DNA of 64,000 nt from Entomortierella parvispora E1425 (lineage: Eukaryota; Fungi; Mortierellomycota), in the NCBI GenBank assembly GCA_020891255.1, contig BQFW01000014.1, forward strand, positions 62,001-126,000, in the 5' to 3' direction. The notes below the pieces were generated by a model, which had not been told where the DNA came from, searched no databases, and saw nothing but the letters and a program-made list of their open reading frames with translations. Positions 48,753 to 59,243 of the stretch are shown here, piece by piece (position 1 is the first letter of the stretch; every line of letters begins with the position of its first letter). The position numbers and the translations under genes were made by a program.

Positions 48753-48825
48753 GCCCGGCTAGCTCAATCGGTAGAGCGTCAGACTCTTAATCTGAAGGCT
48801 GTGGGTTCGACCCCCACGTTGGGCG
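48753..48825 (+). tRNA. tRNA-Lys (anticodon CTT), intronless
   Basis: GCCCGGC acceptor pairs with GTTGGGC-G; TAGCTCAATCGGTAGAGC D-arm; TCAGA-CTCTTAA-TCTGA anticodon arm; GTGGG-TTCGACC-CCCAC T-arm; downstream T-runs. Confidence 0.97.
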
Positions 48826-48951
48826 CTTTCCTTTTGCCATTTTTTGCGCTGGTCGATGGTCGATACATCTTTCTTCAACTTTTTTGCAAGCTGGAGACGA
48901 TGGGTGATTTTTTTCTCTTTGTTTTTTGTAAATACTAAACAGCTGGGTAAG

Positions 48952-50558
48952 CTATTCCTCCCGAAGAGAAGACGACGCTACGACTGACTCTTCCTCGGGC
49001 TCGTTGTGGGGCGGAGCCTTTTCTCGAATGTCGCGTCGAAAGTAAGTCTGATACCCAGCCTTCGTCTTGGCCCAACACTCTTCAAACACCTTGACCAACT
49101 CTGAGGGCAAAGGACCTTTCTGGAGACTCTGCAGGTTTTCTTCCAGATCCTGAACACGATCATTGGCTCCAAAGATCAGGCCGTCGTTGGGCCCCAGTCC
49201 AGAGTGGTGGTTCAACCAACGGATGGAGGCTTCCAAGAGAGGTATGTTGTGCTGGGCTGCCTGTGCTTTTAGATCCTTGACCGCGTCGAAATACAGAGGG
49301 GACCAGTATTGTTCACGGTAGCTAGCGGGAAACAAATGCCAAAGAGAAAGACGGGGGAGAGGAATTAGATTGAGATTCATCCTTCTTTCTACACTTGTCA
49401 ACTTACTATGGACCGAGGAGAGTCTTGGTATCAAAACGACTTCCATCAGGAACCTCGCTGTCTGGTGTGTACTTTCCAGTCAGGAACCCACCCGCCTATA
49501 AACGCGACATGAAGAAGAGTTAGTGAACTTCTCTTTCTCACTTTCTCACTTTCTCTCTTTCTTTCTCTCTCTCTCTGTCTTTGCCAGAACAAAGGTAGAC
49601 CGAGCAAGCATCCTTACGATTGGGTTATAGGCGTAAAACCGGATATCATACTCCTTCAGACAAGGAAAGACTTCTCGCTCCAGCTGACGCATCAATGGAT
49701 TGTACTGGACGCGACAAAAAAAAAAAAAAAAAAAAAAAAGGGAAAAAAGGGTCAACATGTGCTCTCTATCTCCATCGTGAACAGGAGCGGTTGAGTGCAT
49801 CCTTCTTTTTGTTTGTTACCCATCCTTGATAAACCGTTGGCTTGACATATCCTTTGAAATGACAGATCTGATAGACCGCAGCAATCTGCCACGAGGCAAA
49901 GTTGGAGAGGCCAAACTATAGAAGGAATAGAAGGAGACCGTTAGGTGAGCGGACAGGCAGATCCCACGTAGCCACAAGCATCCAGACGATGTGCCACTTG
50001 ATTTACCTCTTCAAACAGTCCTTCCTTGTAGAGCTCATCGATGGCCTTTAGAGTAACCTCGAAGGGAGTAAAAAAGTCTGGGGCATGAAGATAAAAGATC
50101 TTGACCTTGCCCCGCTTCAGTTGCTCCAACGATCGATACAAATGACGCCTCAACGCCTCTGGTCCATGGTCGCCCGGCTGGACAGGATACACTTTGGTCG
50201 AGATCTCGAAAGGCTGAAATGGACTGGAAGGAGATCCAAGAAGTTGACCCAAGACCGTCTCCGTGTCGCCCTCGCAATACACCCTGGCCGTGTCCAGCTC
50301 ACGAACGCCATAACGCTCGAGGCAGCTCAGAAAGGGCTTGAAGTTTTCGGCTCCTTGGACTCGAAAGTCAGATTTGGTCGGATCCGTGGTTTCCAAAGCA
50401 AAGCTCTGAGTTCTAGTCCAGTCAAAGAGTCAAATGTCCAGGGAGTAGTTGGCGAGGTGGGGGTGAGTATGGTGAGAATTCCATCCCTGTCTTCCTTGAG
50501 GGTGTAGGCCAGTGACTTACCCGAGGATGATGCGGGGAGTGGTTCTACTGATGGACAT
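48952..50558 (-). CDS. Aldo-keto reductase, AKR7/aflatoxin B1 aldehyde reductase-like, multi-exon
   Basis: RIILGT; ELDTARVYCEG; ISTKVYP; IFYLHAPD; FGLSNFASWQ; PTVYQG.YNPLMRQLEREVFPCL; YAYNPIAGGFLTGKY; EASIRWLNHHS; LEENLQSLQKGPLP. Confidence 0.9.
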
Positions 50559-50952
50559 GGCAGGAGGGAGGGGAAGAGGAAATTTTGATGAATCGAGGCG
50601 GACAGAGACCCGCCTTCTTTTTATACTGGTGTGATCCGATGCATTGCATGACTGCACAGAATGAAAAAAAAGCGGCGCCGCCTTTCCATTTGAAGAGATG
50701 ATTGCCAATGTCCTCCCATGTCGATCGTATCCTACTTTGGGGGCCTTTGAGGACATGCATCAGAAAACGTGTGGATACCCATCCAATTGGCCCAAAGAGT
50801 AAGAGTTCCCATCTTCATGTTCCCACACTCTCGGTAAGGCGCCAGTCCCAACAGTTGGGATTCACTGAATGAATGATGAATGATTTATTTTGGGCGCAGC
50901 CTTTCTTTTTTTTAAGAAGAGCCATCGTTTCTCAGCTCTCCCGGAGGTTTTA

Positions 50953-52600
50953 TTATTTTGCTTCCGTTGTCAACTTTGTTCGCGTCAAGTTCTCACGATG
51001 AATGACACACTCGGCATCTGCATAGCCAAGTCGATCCACGATTTGACTGCTATGGCATCCCATAATACGTCGAATCTCATGGCTAGCATAGTTCACCAGG
51101 CCCTTGCCCACCTCAATCTCATCCTGAGCCTTACCATCTTGTCCAATCTCCTTGGGCTTGTAAACTACTCGGACACTCTGCTGGGCCACAAACGTTCCTT
51201 TGCAGTCCACAATGCCCGCCGAGAATAAAGATGACTTTTGGGAAGCATTGGTGATGGCAAGGTAGGCTCCTCGGTCGATATAGATAGTTCCAGCAGCATG
51301 CAGTCCATGCAAGATCCACCATTTCCGGTCTACCATGGGGTTGTCTTTGGCCAAAAAGCGCGTGTTGAGTGGAAGGCCTTTGGTGAAAGCAGAGGAAGAC
51401 TTTGTGCTTTGAGTCTGGTCTTCAGAGGCGTCGAGCAGACTTTCTTGTTTGGGCGATGCAGAACGGGTATGTTGAATAGGCTGAGCGATAATGTCAAAGA
51501 TCCTGTGAGGGTCAGATCCACGGGTGATGATGGTGGTGACACCTGCAGCTGTGGCCAACTCTGCGGCAATAAGTTTTGTCACCATCCCGCCCGTTCCAAG
51601 AGAAGATCCTGCAGACGCCACAGAGACTAATGGAGAAGAAGTGGGGGTCATCAGAGATTCGTTCCTGATGGCACGTTTTCCAAGGAATAAAAGCGTCGTC
51701 TGTTCTTACCATGCTCTTTCAAAGCTGCAATGTCGTCGACCACCAAGACAGGCTTTGCGTCCAAGTTTGTCCTTGGGTTGTCCGTGTACAAGCAATCGAC
51801 ATCTGTCATGAGAAAGAGATAGTCGGCATGGATCATTCCTGCCGTAATGGCAGAGAGAGTGTCGTTATCTCCAAACCGGATCTCCGATACACTGATAGTG
51901 TCGTTTTCATTAACGATGGGAACCACTTTCATCTCCAGAAGAGCCTCGATGGTGTTGCGTGCATTCAGATATTGTGTCCTCTACAGCATCGGTAGAAAGA
52001 AACAAGGAAAAAAAAAGTCAATACTTCCTCTTGTTTGGTTATTGACTTTTTTCATGCTGAGAACGACAAAAGAGACTCACATCTGCCAGGTCGTTCTTTG
52101 TCAACAAGATCTGCGCTACTGGCTGGTTGAACTTGTCAAAGAGATCGTCATAAAGGCTCATCAGGCGTCCTTGTCCTACTGCAGCAATAGCCTATATCGT
52201 GCATGGTCGATCGGAAGAAACATCAGTTACATGCTCCTCAACGCTACAAACAGGATGTTCTGTGGTATGCCTGCGCCGGTACCTGGACTTTAGCGAGCTC
52301 TTTTGGCTTGGAGTGAAGATCCATGCGACGCAGGCCGACTCCGATGGCTCCACTGGTGACAAGGACCACTCGGTGACCCATCGCCTTGAGCTTCAGGATG
52401 GTCTCGACGATCAGGGACAAGGTTGAAAGCAAGGGAAAGTGAGTGACCTCGTCGCAGATGGAAGAAGTGCCCAGCTTGATAACGATGGTCAGTTTCTTGT
52501 CTACGACGGCCTTTGACGATTTAGGAAGGACAGCAGACGATCCTGGTCCTGCACTAGCCATAGCCCCTGCTCCTGTGTCTTGTTGTCCTGAGGCTGACAT
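50953..52600 (-). CDS. PRO1: Glutamate 5-kinase (gamma-glutamyl kinase) with PUA domain, multi-exon
   Basis: IVIKLGTSS; [11 protein letters not shown]; AAVGQGRLM; [22 protein letters not shown]; [13 protein letters not shown]; [15 protein letters not shown]; C-terminal [12 protein letters not shown]. Confidence 0.95.
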
Positions 52601-52842
52601 TGTGAATGCAGTCAATCTGATATGGATTGGGATTGTCGATGAGGGGAAGAATGGAGGAAAGAAAACTCGATTGTTTCGCCCTTTTATTCTCTCTGCTCGC
52701 ACACACCTGGAAGATAAAACTCAAAAATTCTCCTTTGCACGCGCGCTGAGTCACCATCCGCAATTTGATAATTGAGTGCGGGGTCGAGATCTGCTCTTGG
52801 ATATTAATACTTTTTATTATGTACATGGTCGCTACTATGGGT

Positions 52843-54990
52843 CTACAGGTAGAACCGCTCCGTGTGCAGCTGGACCTTGCACCCGGACAGACTTTCTGTC
52901 AATGCTACTGCGTTGTGGACCTGCGTCAGCATCAGCGCCGGTCCACACGCCACCATGTCCAAAACTTGGTCCTTGGCTGTCGACTCGATCTGTCCTCGAA
53001 CATATGCACCCACGTCCAAACGTATCCGCTCCCACTGGACTCGCTCATCGCCAGCAAAGGGCACATTCAGAGTGGTCTTGACCGGTGCTATCGTGGTCGA
53101 GATGGATCTACTAGGAGCAGAGTCAGAAGTTGAAGAGGATGTAGCCGATTGCAGCTCCTGGCGCTTGGGGGGTGGCGAAGTGGGTGGCACGCTCACGACC
53201 AGCGACTCTTGATCACCAAATGCAAGGTTGGTATAATGGATCTTTATCCGCAGGCGCGTCTCTTGACGCTCGTGCTTGATGAGCTCGGTGTCTTCTCCCT
53301 TTTCCTTTTCTGAATCAAGGTATCCCTGAGCAGCACCCAGAGCCAACTCGATTTCTTCCTGGAACCACTGCACTTCGTCTAAGGGGAGAACAACATGGGA
53401 GAAGGAATAAAAAAAAAAAAAAAAAAGGAGACACGTTTAACATCACCATTCGAGAAAAAACATAGAACCACAGTCTGCCAGAAAGTGTCCCAAGTGAGAT
53501 TCACATACCAGGGTCGCGAACACACCAGACTACTTCAATAGGACAGGTAGCAACACTGGAGCGCTGGCGGTGGTGCAAGAGGTCCATCAAGATTGGCACA
53601 ATGTAGGCAAGACCTGATCCAGCCGCCAGAAAAACGACCTTCTCTGTATCCAAACCACGGCCGACTCGAACGCCTTCACCATACGGTCCAGCCAACATGA
53701 CGCGACGCTGCGTGTTCTCGGGCCAACAGCATAGCTTTTTCGTGAAGCCTCCAACTGCCCGAGCGTGGACGGTGACAGAGTTATGGTCGGTGCTCGAGAT
53801 CGTGAAGGGATGCCACTGAATCAAAGACATGGAGGGCACACAGATGTAGAGGTGCTGGCCGGGCAGATGTTGAATAGGCTTGTCCATGCAGATTCGTGTC
53901 AAGCGGTCCTGGAACACAGTTGCTTGCGCGAGAGCCATGTGGGTACGCACACACCAGCCTGTGAAGACATTGAGAATGTAACAAACGATACCTGCGGCAG
54001 TAAAGCGCATGGCGTAGGGCGTATGGAGGCCCACAAGGACGAGGAAGACAAGGAAGAGAGTGTGGCTGAGAACAAAGACCTCATAGGCGAAACGACGAAC
54101 AGGCCAGAGCGACGTCAAGACGATAAGGCTGAGGGTCGTGTAGGTAGCCAGGCCATAGCGGACCTTTGTTGTGGCCAATTGTGCTGTGAGTAGGAACTTC
54201 CATGGCATCCAGCTGTGGATCATGAAGCCCATGTGAACTGAAATCAAGATAAAGAGGCAAAGACCCAAGAACCGGTGAACCTGGTTCAGTCTGTGGTGGG
54301 ACATGCCTGTGATCAGAGAGATGATCGAGTTCTTGCCCGTGAAGGCAAAGAGGAAGGGGATGCAGGACAGCCCCAAGAAACCAGCGCGATTCGAATTGAG
54401 CACAAGGTCGTCATTGTATAGAAGAAGCACGGCGAGAACCGAGAGAAAGATCAGGGCAAGCAATGTTGCACCAGCGACCAAATGCACAGGGGAAGCGATG
54501 TACAGTGTTGCTGAGGCTTTGTTGACGACCCAGTTTTCGAGGCGGGAGAAGGACCATCGTGGGGAGGAGGTATGGACGGGGGGTAGTTGTGAAGGTGGTA
54601 AAGCAGAGTCCTCTGGGCTATGAGTAGAGTTGGAGCGTTAATATTGAAGACCAGTAACAGGCAAAGATAAATGAAGGTCTTGTGGCATGTGCATTACCTC
54701 TGAGGAATGATGGTATGTGCTACTGTAGTGGTGGCAGTCGTCGTCTTCACGCCCTGACCAGACGTGGATTTCAATCCAGCGGCAGTGAGTTCGTGGTGCT
54801 CTCCCTCATCCTCGTCGTCCTCGTCAGAGTCCAGCGCAGACGTCCGGGAAGGAGCAAAGTAGGCAAAAAGAGAGGTAAAGAGATGGCGAAGGGTCAGGAT
54901 CAGCACCGGGAAGAACAACACCGAGCACCAGCCAATCGCATAGGTGAGATTGGAGTTCCATGGCGTGGTCATTGACATTGGCATGTCCAT
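52843..54990 (-). CDS. Ferric/cupric reductase (FRE family, flavocytochrome b); exons 54990-54698, 54617-53509, 53378-52843
   Basis: Heme-ligand His pairs (NQVHRFLG..ISVHMG; LSHT..GLHT), FAD-binding QWHPFTISS, NADPH-binding GPYG and AAGSG, C-terminal ACGP..LHTERF. Exon phases are consistent. Confidence 0.9.
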
Positions 54991-55311
54991 GATGGAGGAT
55001 AGGATGAGGGGGGGATGAGGGAGGTGGATGAGACTGTGGATGCAATGCAAGAATGAAGACTAGAGAAAGAAAGAAAAAAAAAAAAGAAAAAAAAAAAAAG
55101 CGAGAGAGATACAGCAGACAGGGAGAGATGGGAATCCGAGGAAAAGCGAGGGAGGAAGGGACAAAGGAGGAAGAGGGGGAAAGAAGGAAGAAGAGAGAGG
55201 AAGAGCATGGCCCCCTCTTTCTCTGTATTGTAGCTGTACGCACTTTTTTTGACAGGTGGATGACAGGAACGAAGATGACAGGGACGGGGATGACAGGTCC
55301 CTGTCCCTCTC

Positions 55312-55365
55312 TTCTGTCTGTCTGTCTGTCTTGTCTGTCTGTCTTGTCTGTCTTGTCTGTCTGTC
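55312..55365. repeat. (TCTG/GACA)n imperfect microsatellite; similar tracts near 11310-11350 and 41575-41597
   Basis: tctgtctgtctgtctgtcttgtctgtctgtcttgtctgtcttgtctgtctgtc. Confidence 0.8.
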
Positions 55366-55706
55366 AAACCAGGGTATCTCTGCATCGATACAACCGAGGA
55401 ACAACAGTGTTTGTTTGTTTGTTTTCTCTCTCTCTCTCTCTCTCTCTCTCCCTGTGGGAAACAATCGATTCGACTGAGATTGACAATTGACAGGTTGACA
55501 GCCAGCCAGCTGCTCTCACCACGAGTACCTTATCGGTGATATTTTTTTTTTTTTTTTTTTTTTTTTTGTTCTTCCTTCCTTCCGCCCTGTTCAGGTCCAT
55601 TCAATGGTGCTGCACGTCAATAAAACAACACGCCTGTCATCTGTCATCTGTCATCTGTCATCTCCTCTTTGTATTGTGTTTGCAATTCGCTATATGGGTA
55701 ATCTTC

Positions 55707-58604
55707 TTACACCACCACAAGGCTCGTGCGATCCGTTTGCAGCGCCATTCCCCACTTGAACGCCAAAGAGTCACACACCAAGATGCGAGGAAAGTTGGAT
55801 CGTGCCCCTGTCCTTCGAGACACGCCCGTGCCCGAAGCCCCAACGCTGTCGCTCTGACTGCTTTCCATAGGGGTCGCCTCTAGCGTCGGGCCTTCCCATT
55901 GTGTTGTTGCGTCCTCTGTGGGGTTTTCACCTGAAAAGAGGAGGTGGGGCAGTCGAGAGCAGTGCAACGAGAGGGCGAGCTGGACTAGTTGAGGGCAATG
56001 ACGAGTCAACTCCAAATCGAAATAGGCGACAACAGGGCCGCGCAAGGACATGGTTCTGAGGCGAGGAAGAGGCCATTCCCACGACAAGGGGTTTGCAATT
56101 GGCGGCGGTGGTGGAGGAGAAGGACTCGTCGAAATGGCTGTAGATGACAAAGGAAACAAAGCAGGCGCAAGAGATGAGTACGCTCCATGGCCGAGATCGG
56201 CAGTCGCGCTTACAATCGATGGAGGGTCGCTGGTCACAGGTGCTATCTGGACTTCCCCGTCATCCACATCTGCCGTTTCATCGGCCACTGGATCCATCGT
56301 CAGGTCCTCTGCAGGTGCTGGCTCCAGCTCCTCGTCAAACAGGCTCTCGTCGTGGTCCTTCAGTAGATCTGGGTACATGGAAACGTGAACAGACTCGAGC
56401 GTTTCCTGGAAGGCGTAAACGGCGTCCTTGAAGGCCGCAATGACATCCGGTGTCTGTCCACAAAGCGTTAGATTCCTGAGGGGTGGCAAGCCAAAGCTGT
56501 GATGAGGAACTCCTCCCCTAGCCAAAACAACGCTTTTGCGGAACGAAGATGGGTATGACAGGTGCTGCTTCTCCTCCCGAGATTCATGTTCCTTGCGCTC
56601 TGATCCTGTAGACGCTGTTGTCGCAAGGCCTTCCCTTTTGCGCTTTTCAGCCCACGAAAACAGGCCAGGATGAGGAACAAGAATAGACAGCTCCTCCAGA
56701 ACCGGACACCGTTCCAGCAGTCGATCAAACATGGTTGGGTCGACTACCTCCATATGATGACAAATTAACAGTGTCCTCAGATGGTCGGTACAGATTGTGT
56801 CCAGTCCTGAAAAGATGCCCGTCCAAACAGAGAGATCCAAGACTTTGAGCCGCTCGATGGCCTGGATGGTGGCCAACACCGACTTTGACATGTCTTGCGA
56901 ATAAATGTAGATCTGTCTGGCCTGAATCTCGCAGAGCTGTCCCGGGAATGCCTTTTGGTGTCGCTCAATAAACGTCTGAGGCAAGGATAGCTCGTTTGGA
57001 TGGGTGGCCGAGTGGTTGATGACGACCCGCTGCAATCCTGAAAGTCGCTCAGGCACACCAGGCAGCAGATAATCCAGCGAGGGCTGGTACCAATGGGCAC
57101 ACACCTTGCCCAGCGGAATAGAAACAATCTTGGGCGAGATGTAATAAAGAAACAAAAACTCGAGAAACTCTACATCCGCTGGCTTCCAGAGTGTTTTTTC
57201 CCTTTTCCGCATCCGCCGTCGTTGCTGCCAGCCTCGGAAAGGATTCAGTCGAGACAGAGTTGTCCGTCCAAAATCATCGTCTTCATCGTAATCCCATCCA
57301 AGATGAACAGGGTGCGATGCGGATCTGTTGTCGGTGCTGGACTCGCTTTGTCCATTAGAGCCCGCGACGGTGGGGGAGTGTTGTCCGAGCATACGTTGAG
57401 GAATCTGTTGAATCATAGTTCGTAGTCGCACTGACCAAGAGGGTCGTATTCCCCCCAATATCCGGTGAACCATCTTCATGTTGGATGCCGCTGCCCAGCA
57501 GCGTAGATCCGTATAGGTGACATAGGAGAGGTAGTTGATCATGGGCAACGGCTCCTCTGCCAACCGCAGTACCGTCTTGGACAGCTCTGGCGGGAATTGA
57601 GCTGTGGGGGTGGGGCTGTTTAGACCTGGGATGTTGCCAGTCTCGGGTCGAGCCAAGTCGGCGTTCCAGACAACAGGGACCAACTCGACGCTGTGATGTT
57701 GCTTCTTTGCATGTTTCCGCTGCTCCTTAGTCAGAGGCAACTGTTGCTCATGATGGAAGTGGGCATGGGGTTGTGTCTGACGGTGGTGGTTCTGCTGGTG
57801 TTGTCCCGACAGATCCGCTGCTGGTCCGCGGTGTCGTCTCCCTCGAAGTTGCTGCACCCATGACGCCCGTGCCGTCGACGGGAGGGTTTGCTGTGGGGCA
57901 GCGTTGCTGTCCCTGTTTCCCGTGTATTCACGCACAGGGACCGATATTGCTCCCTGTCCGTTTCCTGATCCCCAAAGTCGACTAGATCGGTCTCGGCCCT
58001 CCCCTCTGTCTCGTCTCTCTGCGCCCGATGTCCACCATCGCCGCTGCTGCTGCCTTGATTTAGCTCGGTCCAACGACGAGGCGACGGCTGGCTGGGATGG
58101 ATCGATCGTGACGGGCGCCGTGACCTTGGTCAGTGTCCGTGTGCAACAGAGCAGCAACGTGCGGATCAGCTTGGTTTGTCGTTCCATAACTGCTCTGTAC
58201 ATGGATCGCTTCCAGAGTCCTCGAGAGCAGAGTCGGAAGGGGTCCTTGTAGAGATAAGGGACCACATGTTGGAAAAGGGTCTTGTTCACGCACATGAGAG
58301 GGTACAAGTCCTCGATCCCCCTGTTCGCCACCCACTGCACTAGTAACGTTAGCACTTCGCTTGGTAGGGACATCAGCGTGACATTTGTCGTCGTCGTGGT
58401 CGTCGTCGTCGTCGTGGCTGTCGCTGTTGTGGTCGTTGTCGCTGTGCTGAGTCGAAAGGGGTTGCGGGGTATAAAGGTGGTGGCATTGATGACACTTGTT
58501 GTCGAGATGTTCATATAGGACGGGACGGAGAGACTTGACGAGGATGTGGGTATGAAGGGTGTGGATTTTGTTGGGGAGGTCGTCGCCACTGCTATGGTGC
58601 ACAT
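55707..58604 (-). CDS. F-box-like + LRR protein with low-complexity insertions (lineage-expanded family)
   Basis: SLPSEVLTLLVQWV...LYPLMCVNKTLFQHVVPYLYKDPFRL is F-box-like; LRR-like units include LSGLQRVVI, IERLKVLDL, CPVLEELSI, LPPLRNLTL, LPRLRTMSL, CPQLVQLAL. Start is placed at MCTIAV (58604) because the upstream part of the 1149-aa ORF is CT-repeat filler. The 3' end may be spliced further. Confidence 0.72.
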   Translation of the reverse strand: MCTIAVATTSPTKSTPFIPTSSSSLSVPSYMNISTTSVINATTFIPRNPFRLSTATTTTTATATTTTTTTTTTNVTLMSLPSEVLTLLVQWVANRGIEDLYPLMCVNKTLFQHVVPYLYKDPFRLCSRGLWKRSMYRAVMERQTKLIRTLLLCCTRTLTKVTAPVTIDPSQPAVASSLDRAKSRQQQRRWWTSGAERRDRGEGRDRSSRLWGSGNGQGAISVPVREYTGNRDSNAAPQQTLPSTARASWVQQLRGRRHRGPAADLSGQHQQNHHRQTQPHAHFHHEQQLPLTKEQRKHAKKQHHSVELVPVVWNADLARPETGNIPGLNSPTPTAQFPPELSKTVLRLAEEPLPMINYLSYVTYTDLRCWAAASNMKMVHRILGGIRPSWSVRLRTMIQQIPQRMLGQHSPTVAGSNGQSESSTDNRSASHPVHLGWDYDEDDDFGRTTLSRLNPFRGWQQRRRMRKREKTLWKPADVEFLEFLFLYYISPKIVSIPLGKVCAHWYQPSLDYLLPGVPERLSGLQRVVINHSATHPNELSLPQTFIERHQKAFPGQLCEIQARQIYIYSQDMSKSVLATIQAIERLKVLDLSVWTGIFSGLDTICTDHLRTLLICHHMEVVDPTMFDRLLERCPVLEELSILVPHPGLFSWAEKRKREGLATTASTGSERKEHESREEKQHLSYPSSFRKSVVLARGGVPHHSFGLPPLRNLTLCGQTPDVIAAFKDAVYAFQETLESVHVSMYPDLLKDHDESLFDEELEPAPAEDLTMDPVADETADVDDGEVQIAPVTSDPPSIVSATADLGHGAYSSLAPALFPLSSTAISTSPSPPPPPPIANPLSWEWPLPRLRTMSLRGPVVAYFDLELTRHCPQLVQLALSLHCSRLPHLLFSGENPTEDATTQWEGPTLEATPMESSQSDSVGASGTGVSRRTGARSNFPRILVCDSLAFKWGMALQTDRTSLVVV

Positions 58605-59033
58605 GGCGTAAGGGAAAGAATAATAATAATAAAGAGAGGTCGAACCGGGGACGGCCGCGATCGTGTTGTTTCCTGCGCAAGCCTTTACTGAAGTAAAGCA
58701 ACGGCGGCAAGGAGGGTGACAGTAGGGGGGGAGGGGGGAGGGGAAGAGGGGTGAAGAGAGGTGAAGAGAGGAGGCGAGGAAGGATAAAGACACAGGAAAG
58801 AGAGAGTGAGGTCGTGGAGAAGAGCGAGCGAGGCAAGCGAGGCAAGCGAGGCTGGCAGGGGTTGAGTGAGAGTGAAAGAAACAAAGGGAGGACGGATTGG
58901 ACGGATGGGATGGATGTAGCTGAAAAGAGGTAAAAACACAAATGGGCAACACGAGGCAAAACAACACTGCGCTTGGATCGCGGCTTTTTTTTTTCTTTCT
59001 TTCCTTCTCTTCTGTTCCCGCGGGGCGGTGACC

Positions 59034-59070
<37 letters not shown>

Positions 59071-59243
59071 GAAAAGAAAAAGGCGATGGTTGTCCTTGGG
59101 TATCCGTGCCCTTCGTATCGCAAAATAGATGAAACGGACGCGTGCAGCATGTTCATGTTGACCTTGGTTCTTCTTCGATTTAATTACATTATATGGTTTT
59201 TTTGTTACATCCCCACTCTCTTCATCTTTTTTTTCTCTTCTTC

